Positions 37,501 to 48,427 of a stretch of 63,998 nt of DNA are shown here, one piece after another. Source of the DNA: Chara braunii (Eukaryota; Plantae; Charophyceae); NCBI GenBank assembly GCA_003427395.1, contig BFEA01000008.1:1483670-1547667 (forward strand). Reading direction: 5' to 3'. Below the pieces are notes generated by a model, which was not told where the DNA came from, searched no databases, and worked only from the letters and a program-made list of their open reading frames with translations. The translations under genes were made by a program, and so were the position numbers. Numbering within the stretch: position 1 is the first letter of the stretch; every line of letters begins with the position of its first letter.

Positions 37501-38422
37501 CCCAGATCCTCGACTCTGCATGGAAAGGATCTCCCCCTGCGCAGAGCCTATTTGCCTTGCCTACCGAGACACTTAGCCTAAAGGCCAAAAGTGTCACGAA
37601 GGCCGCACAACTATTCCTTCAGCCATGCAATATCGTGAAGGGGTAAGTCTTCACGATACTTCGAGTTTGACACTTGAGTGTCATTAGCGGTACTCGGATC
37701 CACGAGGGATCGCTTGATTATGGACACTACAAAGTACGCCATCATTGCGGCTGCTTGCGTATTCATGCATTGTTAGTCGATATGAGTTAGCCCTGCATCC
37801 GCGCGGTTTTATACTAAGGCTCTCGTGCGACGCCTACCCGATTTCCTCGTCGGAGAGTTATGAGATGACTACTAAGGGACTAAGAATGTTGTCGCATTGT
37901 TTGTTCTGTGTCATTTCGGATATGTATATGTGTGTGTGCTTTTAATACTTTTTTATTTTTATGTTCTTAGAGTGGTGTGCGCGTGGAGTGTGGGATGCGT
38001 CCTAGTCGACCNGCGACGAGTCATGCTTGGGACCTCAGCCCCCCAAGATGTCGGTTCGCGTGCGGGTTCGATAGAGGCGTAATACCACACGTACCCCCTA
38101 TGCTACAGCGTACGAGAAAGACCCTCTGCTGGTCCATCTGTGCGATTGCATCTGATTAACTTTTGTATTGTGAACTGGTAGCTCGGGGGGGATACGCCCA
38201 CTGAAGGGAGGTGACAGCTCCCGCAAGGTGGAGGTAAGTCGTGCCTCGCGTAGGCCCTATCCCGTCGTAGGGGCTCGCGAGAGGTATGGCTGGCGCACTC
38301 GGCCGGAGCGGCTTGTGGAAGCTCCATGTATATTCGCGACGAAGGAATATACTAACTACTGCGTGACGCGGCCAGGAGGGTCCCGCCCCGTTTTGTGAGG
38401 TGCCGGACCGATGCGCTCGACA
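31581..38422 (+). repeat. 3' LTR (~6.84 kb) of the giant Gypsy element
   Basis: TGTCG...CGACA inverted termini; direct repeat of 13635-20523. The left boundary is inferred from the terminal inverted repeat because the matching part of the 5' LTR is in the gap. Confidence 0.8.
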
Positions 38423-38617
38423 GCGCTTAACCCTGGTCCAGCGCCTAAGTTTCAGGAGAGGTCAACTTTATGAGGGCCTGAAAATGACCCTCGTTTTTAG
38501 GCTTTTAGGCTGAAACGGCACAGGGCCTGGAGGGCCCTTATTTTCCGTCTGGTCGGGCCCTGCAGGCCCGTGTGAATGCGCAGTATGCCGCAGAGGTGAG
38601 GACCTGCTTAGCCCTGA
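38423..38617 (-). mobile_element. Continuation of the older LTR family (right part)
   Basis: gtttcaggagaggtcaactttatgagggcctgaaaatgaccctc parallels gtttcagagcaggtcgatcttatgagggcctaaaaatggccctc (5786-5830). Confidence 0.7.
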
Positions 38618-39099
38618 ATGTTGTCGCATTGTTTGTTCTGTGTCATTTCGGATATGTATATGTGTGTGTGCTTTTAATACTTTTTTATTTTTATGTTCTT
38701 AGAGTGGTGTNGGAGGTAAGTCGTGCCTCGCGTAGGCCCTATCCCGTCGTAGGGGCTCGCGAGAGGTATGGCTGGCGCACTCGGCCGGAGCGGCTTGTGG
38801 AAGCTCTATGTATATTCGCGACGAAGGAATATACTAACTACTGCGTGACGCGGCCAGGAGGGTCCCGCCCCGTTTTGTGAGGTGCCGGACCGATGCGCTC
38901 GACAGCGCTTAACCCTGGTCCAGCGCCTAAGTTTCAGGANAGGTCAACTTTATGAGGGCCTGAAAATGNCCCTCGTTTTTAGGCTTTTAGGCTGAAACGG
39001 CACAGGGCCTGGAGGGCCCTTATTTTCCGTCTGGTCGGGCCCTGCAGGCCCGTGTGAATGCGCAGTATGCCGCAGAGGTGAGGACCTGCTTAGCCCTGA
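38617..39099 (+). repeat. Near-identical local duplication of 37885-37978 plus 38230-38617, joined at a single N (probable assembly artefact)
   Basis: Almost exact copy with isolated N bases at 38711, 38940 and 38969. Confidence 0.8.
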
Positions 39100-39169
39100 T
39101 GCCTATAACCACTGTCAGGTCATGTCACTAGAAAAGGGTGATGATCCTGGGTGGTAAAAACACTCAGGT

Positions 39170-39358
39170 AGGGCCTTGGGAGTAGGGTTGCACCAGGGAC
39201 AGTAATGATAAGTAAGGGTTGGAGGGAGTCTCATAGAGGACCTGTTTAGAAAAATCATCTGGATGATCAATTGACCAACTGCTGAAGGGACTGTCATATG
39301 CCTGATGGCTCGCCTCTACAACAACCTGGACTTCAAAAAAGAAAAAGAAAAAAAAAAG
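39170..39358 (+). mobile_element. Degenerate SINE 3' fragment with A-tail
   Basis: Ends gcctctacaacaacctggacttc(A)n, like the tail of the SINE at 48428-49452. Confidence 0.6.
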
Positions 39359-39527
39359 GTCAAGTTTATGTGAGTTTGTGTGAGCTCCTTCCAAGCACCC
39401 TTTCAAATACTCAGGTACTTGGAAGCACCTTCCTGGGTCCATTGAGCTGTATGATGGTCTCCTCCTCCCCCCCCCTTCCTGTCCCCCTACCCACCACTTT
39501 GCCCTTGCTAAGGTCTCTGCTGTCCTG

Positions 39528-39663
39528 CCCTGGGAGTATTAACATGGGGATGGGTAGGGTAGGTGGCCTATCCTGTCAGGACAACCATTGGCTGCCGCTG
39601 CCAACAATCACCGCGGATCTGGTCCTTGGCCTCTACAACACCCTGGGCTTAAAAAAAGAAAAA
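39528..39663 (+). mobile_element. 5'-truncated SINE 3' end with 18-bp TSD
   Basis: TSD aaggtctctgctgtcctg at 39510-39527 and 39664-39681. Tail ggcctctacaacaccctgggctt(A)n is homologous to 48428-48570 (-). Confidence 0.85.
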
Positions 39664-39871
39664 AAGGTCTCTGCTGTCCTGACATGCCCTGATTCCCGTT
39701 CCCAGTGGGACTGCTGAGATTTATTTGTCAAAGTTGCATCCCATCCTCCCTAAGTGACTGTTCATTTGTCTGTCCTATCCCACTGGGTATCCCCCTAACT
39801 GACCCCTGCTGTTCCCCCTTCCCAGCCTGCTCCCCTATCCAAGTTCCTCTGAGTTGGAATTGTCTTTTTTT

Positions 39872-40178
39872 CATGGTAACCATCCGGACGTCCGGACCGA
39901 GTTCCAGACAGTCCAGTATCTGGTGTCCGGTCCTTATGTCCGGATGGAGGCCCCTGGGGCCAAAAAAAAAAAAAAAAAAAAAGGGCGGCCCAGAACGTTT
40001 ATCGGGTCCTGGTCGCCCCTCGAAAAATTTGATTTTTCAGTGTCGTTTCACCCCACCGGACAGGGCCTAGAGGTCCGGACACAAGACACTGCAGGTTTTT
40101 GGGGTGGCGGGTTTCACACAGGCCCGAGCAATTTCAAAGCGGCCGTTTCGACGTGGCGCCCACCGCTGCTGCCCGTTG

Positions 40179-40220
<42 letters not shown>
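39872..40220. mobile_element. Probable DNA-transposon end (catggtaaccat terminus, tccgga subterminal repeats) running into (GA)n and a gap
   Basis: hAT-like terminus and repeated tccgga; partner end not visible. Confidence 0.35.
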
Positions 40221-40907
40221 NNNNNNNNNNNNNNNNNNNNNNNNNNNNNNNNNNNNNNNNNNNNNNNNNNNNNNNNNNNNNNNNNNNNNNNNNNNNNNNN
40301 NNNNNNNNNNNNNNNNNNNNNNNNNNNNNNNNNNNNNNNNNNNNNNNNNNNNNNNNNNNNNNNNNNNNNNNNNNNNNNNNNNNNNNNNNNNNNNNNNNNN
40401 NNNNNNNNNNNNNNNNNNNNNNNNNNNNNNNNNNNNNNNNNNNNNNNNNNNNNNNNNNNNNNNNNNNNNNNNNNNNNNNNNNNNNNNNNNNNNNNNNNNN
40501 NNNNNNNNNNNNNNNNNNNNNNNNNNNNNNNNNNNNNNNNNNNNNNNNNNNNNNNNNNNNNNNNNNNNNNNNNNNNNNNNNNNNNNNNNNNNNNNNNNNN
40601 NNNNNNNNNNNNNNNNNNNNNNNNNNNNNNNNNNNNNNNNNNNNNNNNNNNNNNNNNNNNNNNNNNNNNNNNNNNNNNNNNNNNNNNNNNNNNNNNNNNN
40701 NNNNNNNNNNNNNNNNNNNNNNNNNNNNNNNNNNNNNNNNNNNNNNNNNNNNNNNNNNNNNNNNNNNNNNNNNNNNNNNNNNNNNNNNNNNNNNNNNNNN
40801 NNNNNNNNNNNNNNNNNNNNNNNNNNNNNNNNNNNNNNNNNNNNNNNNNNNNNNNNNNNNNNNNNNNNNNNNNNNNNNNNNNNNNNNNNNNNNNNNNNNN
40901 NNNNNNA

Positions 40908-41000
40908 GCACTCCCGGGGAGGCTCCATCTATTGGTGGGGAGCAGCACCTGCTGGAAAGTGGGTCCAGCGTCCCTGGACATTTGAATGATTGTTTGTTTG
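40908..41000 (-). mobile_element. LINE 3' tail motif (minus strand)
   Basis: Reverse complement gggacgctggacccactttccagcaggtgctgctccccaccaatagatggagcc matches the tail at 58460. Confidence 0.75.
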
Positions 41001-44000
41001 AACAGATATGTTGAAGTAATGCCTGCCTCTTGCAGGATCTGTCTCCTTAGGATGATATTGACATTTCGAACTCCGGACAGTTGAGTTGTTTGCCTACTTG
41101 CTGGCCTAAAGAGAGTGCTAGCATACGCATACCCCATGGCTGGCTCTAAATACTGTAACGACGGTAACTGCAGGGCCCACCCGCAAGGAATGGCCTTTGC
41201 CAGGACGAACTGCGAGTGGCCCAAGATGATTGACTGGACTATTGACTGTTTTATAGCTGACTGCCAAGCCCCTCTGCTAGAAAGGAGGTTTTAACAGGTA
41301 GAGCTGCCCAGCAGTCTGCGGTGGTTGCCTACATACCAGCTTAAGGTAGGTGAAAGTTCAGACAAGTTGCGTGGCTGCTACCAAGAGACTGGGAGTCTCC
41401 CCTTCTCCCTGCAAGCGATCCGTTCTTATCAACAGTCCTGGAACCTAGTGCTGTCCACTATAATTGACCAGTGGTTTATGTAGGCAACCTGACCTCCCGT
41501 TCCCCTACCCCCACACTTTGGAACCTGGTTCAATGATATGTAATCACTGCTGGTGTCGTGGTGATTACTTGTATGACTGTCTGTCTCCCTTCTAGAGTCG
41601 ACTGATCATGACTCGTGTTGCGTGCCTCTGCTCATTGCCTGGCCAGGTCTTCTGTTCAGCAGAGTCATCGTGTTTCCCGAGGGGTTGAGGGTGGAGGAGG
41701 TGTGCAAGGTGGAGCCGTGTCTGGCAGGGGGGACGGGGGGTGACGGGTGGACGGTGGGGACAACAGAGGAGGAGGGGGAGGGGAGGTGTAGGGTGGGGTC
41801 GTGTCTGGCAACGGGGCGGGGGCGGGGGGGGGGGGGGAGGGGAAGCCAGAGGGAGGGGAGGAGGGGAAAGTGGGGGGGGGTTGGTCCCATGTCAGGCAGC
41901 GGTGGATGAGGGGACAGGGAAGGCGGCAGGGAAGAAGATTGGAGTAGCCGGGGGGAAGGTGGGTGGCGGTGTAGGTGTGGGGGAGTGGAAGTATCTGGGA
42001 AGGGAAAGGGGGAGGGGGGGGAAGGGGTAAGCGCAGGGGGAGATTGGGGAGGGGGAGGAGGGGGAGACGCTGGGTTGGAATTGTCTTTGGAGGGAGCACT
42101 GTCTGTTCCTCCCTTGCCGGTGCTGATGTTATGTCCTCGTTACAGGATGGGAGATGTGTCGTTCTAGGCTTCCAGTCGTATCCATGTTAGGGGGATTTTC
42201 CTTACCAGGACGGTCAAGGCTTTCCCTGGAGGGGGAGGGGATTGTGGTGTGAGTTGGGAGGGTGGCGGGGAGGGGGGGGGGGGGGTAATGGGGGGCTTAG
42301 TCGGGGCAAGTCTGATGCTCTGTAAGATGGCCTTAGAGGAGAATAAAGTTAGGTCTTGGTAGGGGAAGCGGAAGTGCATTGATGGGAGTCTCTGCCAGGT
42401 CGGTTCTGTCACCGTCCACCTGTTTCATACCAAGTTGTGGTGCTGGTCCAGTGAGCAGAGGTGTCGGTGTTGGTCGAACAATATTGCTTGAAAGGTTTCC
42501 AAGTGAGTCCGTGCCTCCCTGTGGTCCTTTGCCTCTCGGATTCCCTCTTCATTGCCTTCCACACCTCCAGTGTTCCTACTTATTCACAGAGCTAAAACTC
42601 ACTAACTATGGTAGTCGAGGTTTTACATCTCGCAGAGTCAACACATTGCCAATGCACACCTCATGTGTACAGCAGACCTTCTACCTCACTTTACTCAGTC
42701 TGTCTAGGAGCGTGCGCTCCTCTTGATATATATACTCTATCTTCCCACTATGCTTCGGGTACTTCTTGTTTCCACGTTTCCTCGATTGAAAAAGTGGTAC
42801 TAATCTGAAAAATTAAAAATTAAAAATTAAAAATTAAACATTAGAAATTAAAAATAAAAAATTAGTAAATTACAAATTAAAATTAAATTAAATTAATCAA
42901 TTTTGACAATGCAAAACCTAGCACTCCACTTCAAGTCAGGAGATGCAGAAAGCGGGAACTTCAAGGCTGCTTCACCCAAGTGAGAGTAAGGGCCTCGCTG
43001 CATGGTGTGCAAAACGAAAAAAACAAACGACTTCGTTTCGCGAAGGAGTCACCGCACAGCACCCACATGACCTCTGTCAGAAGACAAGTCGTGAATGCTG
43101 TCAGACTCCAAGTTCGCGAGGTTAACAGCTTGCGCAAGTCCTCCCTGCCTGCAGCGCTCGCGAACTCGTAGGTCCTCCGCTGCTCGGCTGGAGGAGCTGC
43201 GAAATCTCAGGAGTGTGCTGCGTAGCTCCAACCGAGGTCCGTCCGCAAAATTGGACCGTAGCGTCCAAAAATTTGGACCGTAGCGAAAAGAATCCCGCAC
43301 GACTCTCGTTTGGCATTCTCGCGAGAGTTTTCGTGTGTGCTGTGGGGCAGTGAGGCGAAAAACGAAGCGAAATGGTGGATCCGGGCTTGGCGAGGCCTCG
43401 CGAGTTTGGTGGTCGTTTCATTTCGTTAGTTGTGCTGTCCGGCGAGGCCTTAAGTACGACAGAGTCTGATCCTGTTCCTTGCTGTCGCCTGGTGGTGCAT
43501 ATCGCGATCCTTGCTCCTGTTCTTCGTTCTTGAGGCGGAGTTATTTGCGTAGCTGTCTCTATTAAATTTTGCAGATTGGCAATGTGCAGGTCCGATATCA
43601 TGCCCACTTTTTTTATCTGTCTGTTTCTGTATCCACGTTACTTTCACGTTCAGATCCGGTTCAAAATTCGCGCCCCTTTCCTTCAGCCAGAGGATGCAGG
43701 TTCAATCCTTGGCACCTCCTTTTAGCGTTTCTAGCTTTTCCTGGAAAAAAATTGTCTCAGGGTCAAGCCTCAGGTGCCCATGCCTCTTCCCGTTCCCATC
43801 GGTAACACCCTTTCACGTTACTCCCAGTCGCGGTAGCAGTCCTGTAGCTTACGGGCCATTTCGGGCCATATCCCACCCGCCCTCCCGGACATACGCCTTA
43901 GTGCTTCTAGGAAGAGTTTTGTTGGGAAATCCATACCCTTCAGTTCTCTATGTAATGTGATGAGAATGAAGGGGAGAAGTGCATCAGTACTTGTGTTCAT

Positions 44001-44029
44001 TCGAATGCTTCAGTTATTCACCATGGTTG

Positions 44030-44353
44030 TTCTTCTTTCCCCTTAAACTTTGGGCGGGTTCCACTTACAGAGGTGATAAGAGCTCCCTCCTTAAACCACC
44101 AGTACCCCGCCCAGCTATTTTTGCTAGGTCATGGCGCATACACCGGTGCAACTTTTGCCGGATTGACACCGGACCGAAATGGATGGCGGCGCCAGCCAAA
44201 AGCAGGACACGTCGGTTCAATTTTTTTTGGCGCGCAGGGCGAATTCAGTCTTGGCTTCGATACCTGGTCAGGGTACTGATGGTTTAAGTGGCTCCCTGTT
44301 TGAAGGCTTCATCTACAGGTGGGGAGCAGCACCTGCTGGAAAATGGGTCCAGC
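44030..44353 (-). mobile_element. LINE 3' tail (minus strand), interrupted by a MITE
   Basis: Tail motif at 44300-44353. The hairpin with the GCTCTTATC loop is restored when 44095-44287 is removed. Confidence 0.75.
44095..44283. mobile_element. MITE (189 bp) at a TTAA site
   Basis: ttaa|accaccagtaccc...gggtactgatggt|ttaa (12/13 TIR match). Confidence 0.85.
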
Positions 44354-45189
44354 ATCACCACGCTATAATTCTGTATGTGCGTGCTTTCTCATCCTGCACT
44401 CTCCATAAGTTGGTCCTGTCCTCCCTTCACCTTGCCATTCCTCCACGCTGCGAGCCCAACCATCTTTTCTTTATGTTTTTTGTTTCTATGCTACATTCTA
44501 TTGGTAAGGAGCTGCACCTACTCGACACGGGGTCAGCATCCCACCATAGAAGGATACAATAATTACTGAGAAGATAGTACAGCTTCCCACTATGTCATTT
44601 TTTTGCCAGCCTTGTCCTCTTTTCTCTTCTTTTTGGAGAATTTGCTCCTCTTATTGCAAAACTCGCATCAATTGAGGCTTAGGTCCTCACAGGCTACCCT
44701 AGAAAAGTCTGAAGTCCACTGCCTGGTCTCAGTTGATGAGGCACTTGCATGAAAACGGTTCCAAGCGTACCTTTGGGAATTTCAAACCATTCATGTCATA
44801 GATCATACCAGCCTTCTCCTTTTGGGTCGCACTTGCTCGGAACAGATGGGATTCCCAGCGCCCACCACCCCACTGCAAAACCATTTCACTTCGTAGACCA
44901 TGCCACCTTCTGCTTTTGGGTCACACCTGTTGGGAACAAGGCCCAGCACCCCCTATGAATACATAATATCAAATCCACAAGCCTCCTCTTCTTTTTATCT
45001 TCTCCAAAACAAAGAGAAAACTAGGGTGCAGTCAAGGTTTCAGTTTTAAATGCGTTTCAGTCACGGTTTCGTGAATTTAACTCCAAACCAAGGAAAATCG
45101 TGAATGCATCAAACCCAGCTTTAGCGTTGGGTGCGGATGAAGTGGATTTAGAATTGATAACGTGACTGCACCGTAGTTACCCCAGAAAC

Positions 45190-45430
45190 AAAAGACAATG
45201 TGGCTTGAGAATGCAGACATCATACACCGTGCTGCGAAGATGGGACTGAGACTCCCCCCTGAAAAGGACAGACCTCTGCTTCTTTAAATGGTCGTCCTTT
45301 TCCCAAATTAAGCCAACTAATCACAGAGCTTTGCAGTGGCAGATCATCCACAGTTGCCTGCCCACTCCCGATTGGGCTGACAGATCGCACCAACCTGGAA
45401 AAAATAGATATAACTAATGCACAATCTGCG
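45190..45430 (+). pseudogene. LINE ORF2 C-terminal fragment
   Basis: Translates FKWSSFSQIKPTNHRALQWQIIHSCLPTPDW, homologous to KIRPTKIASLQWKIDHRCLPTNDW in the LINE at ~53430. Confidence 0.75.
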
Positions 45431-45759
45431 CTAGCGCTAGTGCCCGAATGCTGGCCCGCCGGCGAGCCCCGGTTGCCCCAGCTTGACCAGCACCAGGGAC
45501 CTGTGGCTCTCTGCCCGCTGGACCTGTGCGCGCGCCGACACGTGGCAGTGGCCCGTTCGTCGCCTGCCACCTGTCGCCTGGTGACATGGACGTCCTGTGA
45601 CGCTTGAACCGGGGAAGTGCTGCCCGTGTAAAATTGCAGGTTTAAGCAGCAACAGCGGTGCAGTTTTCAGGGCAAGTAATGGCTTCGATGGAAGACTTAC
45701 AACGTGGAGCGGTGGAGGGCTGGTAATCCTGGAGGAGGGATGTAGGCGGTTGCAGGATA

Positions 45760-46677
45760 TTGTCGGTGTCTTCGCAATGGCAGAAGGGGCCGGAGATTGA
45801 AAGGGGGGCGATCTCGTTGGCTGCTTGGTTGGAAGACAAGACTCAGGACACGCTGGACATCATCTGGGAGCTGGAGAAGGGGCTGCATCCCCAGCTCGAT
45901 GCCTTCATTGATTGGGGGTGGGTGGACGATATGATGGGTGCCTGCAAAACCCTATTCAAGGAGGGTCGTGACCTGCGTAACCAGCTCGAAAACAGCTTGT
46001 GGACACTGGAGGGTGAGGGAAGCAGTGATGATGGCCATGGTGGCAGCAACGACAACAATAGCAATATCGGCAGCGGCAACATCGTCAACAACAACATCAC
46101 CAATGGAGACAAGGGCGCGGGCAGCGGTGACGAGGAAAACAGCGGTGGGGACAACAACAACCACAACCACAATAGCAACAATGCCGACGATGGCAACAAT
46201 AACAACAGCAGTAAAAACAACACGATGGCGTCATATTCAACAGTAGAGACCAGGGAGCTGGCAGCAGCGATGATGGCCACAGTGGGAGCAGCGACAGCAA
46301 CAGCGATACCAACAGCGGCGACATCAATAACAACCACATCACTGTCAGAGACAACGATCCAGGCAGCGGCGATCTTGACAACAGCGGTGGAGACAACAAC
46401 AACAACAACAGCGACAACAACAATAACAACAACGACAACGGCGATGGAGAAAACAACAACAACGGCAAACACAACAATGACACCCATGGCGGCGGCAACA
46501 GCAACAACAGTGTGGGATGCGTGTATAGTGCTCCAGTGCAAGAAGATTACAAGCTCTTCCCGGTGGGAGAGAACTTGGGGTGAGCGGTTGATTGTTTCCC
46601 CCCCAATTGATCGGGATTCTTTCCCGCATAGATCGTTCCTCCCATCCTGTGTCGGGTGGGGGTGGGTCAGATGCTGA
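45760..46677 (+). other. 305-aa ORF dominated by (AAC/ACA/AGC)n low-complexity sequence, probably repeat-associated
   Basis: The N-terminal ~85 aa look helical; the rest is Asn/Thr runs, and several frames are open because of the triplet repeats. Confidence 0.3.
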
Positions 46678-46934
46678 GCATTTGCTTAATTGGGGTTGGC
46701 CGGCCCTCCAATCCTAATTACCGTGTGCATTGTTTGGTTTTTGGCTACCCTGGCAGGGGGTCAATCCTTCGCTGGTTTAGGGGCATTCAGCCTCATATAC
46801 TAATAGACATTATGCATGGCAGGGGCTTTCAGCCTCATTTAGTAATACAGATCATGTGGATCATACAAACGCACTTACACAGGAATGGCCATGTGGCATG
46901 GCCACATCACACAAACAATTCATATATCATTGTA

Positions 46935-47075
46935 CAGGGACACTGGACCTGATTTTCCAGCAGGTGACTCCCCCACCAATAGATGGATCTTCAACGGTGG
47001 GGTCCACTTGACGGGGCTGCTCTTATCACCTCGTCAAGTGGTCTTCCTGCAAACAAAGTTTCCCCCCAAAAAAAC
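46935..47075 (+). mobile_element. LINE 3' tail
   Basis: Tail motif, then hairpin ccacttgacgggg-ctGCTCTTATCa-cctcgtcaagtgg, then a short A run. Confidence 0.75.
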
Positions 47076-47641
47076 GGCCTCCTTCAGACTTCCCCGACAT
47101 GTTCCCTCCAAAGGAAATGGCAATGGTGGACGTCAACTGCTTCGGATGACCTACACAGCAAGTCCCGCTAGTGATAATGCAGTAGTCTGGCTGTCAGCAC
47201 ATGGGACCTGAGTGAACAGGCAGGCTAGTCTGGATAATGGTGTGCACACGCTGTCAGTTAATCCCCGGAGAAGTCAGGACAATACCAACCGGCCTAGCAC
47301 AGTTGATACATCCCTGAACTGTTGAAATGCAGACCAGAGTTTGAACTCTACTGGAAGCAGACAAGTGAAATACTAAAATTCTGAATTGCCTAGGGCCGGT
47401 CAGTTCTATTATACCATATTAAGGCCGTCATCCTTTCTGTTTTTAAAAAGAAAAAAAGAATTCAGGGCAATCAATGCTGCAGGGATCACAGAAACTGTAT
47501 CATAGCAATGCTCTAAGCTGTTATTATTGTAAAAGGGGCGCTGGACCCGTTTTCCAGCAGGTGCAGCTCCCCACCAATAGACGGGAGCACCCCCTGACTG
47601 GATACTATGCGGAGGTGCTCATACCACTTCCCATAGTATTC

Positions 47642-48419
47642 TTTCTTTCTTTCTTTCTTTTTTTTTTTTTTTTTTCTTTTTTTTTCCTTTTTTTTTAACG
47701 AGTAACCTACATTCTTCTCTCAATTTCACCTCACACTACCCACCTACCACTACTCCTAATTATAGTCGTACGGGGAACCCCGTGGCAGACACAACTGTCT
47801 CCACGAGAGAACACAGAAGCTGCACCCGCCCTGCAGGTGGGCGATACCGGCCAGGGGATAGCCGGTAGCATCAGGGACCATGCCAACAGGACCAATCCCT
47901 GTGCCTCCCCTCAGGTAGCCTCCCCTACGAACACCAGAAGACTCTGCTCAATGCTGATCGGGGGATCCAGTGGCCTATCTCTAGGTGGCTGACACCAAGC
48001 TTGTGCAGGAAGGTACATGAAGGTACATTCTTCTCTCAATTTCACCTCACACTACCCACCTACCACTACTCCTAATTATAGTCGTACAGGGAACCCCATA
48101 GCAGACACAACTGTCTCCACAAGAGAACACAGAAGCTGCACCCGCCCTGCAGGTGGGCGATACCGGCCAGGGGATAGCCGGTAGCGACAGGGGCCATGCC
48201 AACAGGACCAATCCCTGCGCCTCCCCTCAGGTCGCCTCCCCTACGAACACCAGCAGGCGCTGCTCAATGCTGATCGCCGTGATCGGCGGATCCAGTGGCC
48301 TATCTCTAGGTGGCCGGCACCAAGCTTGCCGAGGAAGGTACATGAGGCCAATGGATTGAACCCAAGACTACCTGAATGCCACTTGCATGCCTTGCCAACT
48401 GAGCTAGGCTGCTGGATAC
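47642..48419 (-). mobile_element. tRNA-derived SINE with an internal ~316 bp tandem duplication
   Basis: A box TAGCTCAGTTGG (48395-48406), B box GGTTCAATCC (48353-48362), poly-A 47642-47696, TSD cccatagtattc. 47708-48023 is duplicated at 48024-48345. Confidence 0.8.
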
Positions 48420-48427
48420 CCCCATAG

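Larger units (their letters stand above)
13635..38422 (+). mobile_element. Giant (~25 kb) Ty3/Gypsy LTR retrotransposon
   Basis: Two ~6.8 kb direct repeats flank a PBS, gag-PR-RT-RH-IN (Gypsy order) and an extra ORF. The 5' terminus lies in the N-gap, so the TSD cannot be checked. Confidence 0.93.

Noticed and set aside
38617-39099. A biological third partial LTR
   Set aside because: Near-perfect copy with a ~250 bp jump at a single N; most likely a scaffolding or gap-filling artefact.
39854-41224. Long ORFs spanning N-runs (also at 13182-13986, 54392-55686 and 59975-61396)
   Set aside because: They are open only because of N-gaps and microsatellites.
41590-42420. Pro/Gly-rich ORFs and G-tracts (possible G-quadruplex or LINE C-terminus)
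   Set aside because: Low-complexity purine-rich sequence with no recognisable domain; the ORFs follow from composition.
43640-43720. Isolated B-box GGTTCAATCC as a SINE head
   Set aside because: No convincing A box, tail or TSD.
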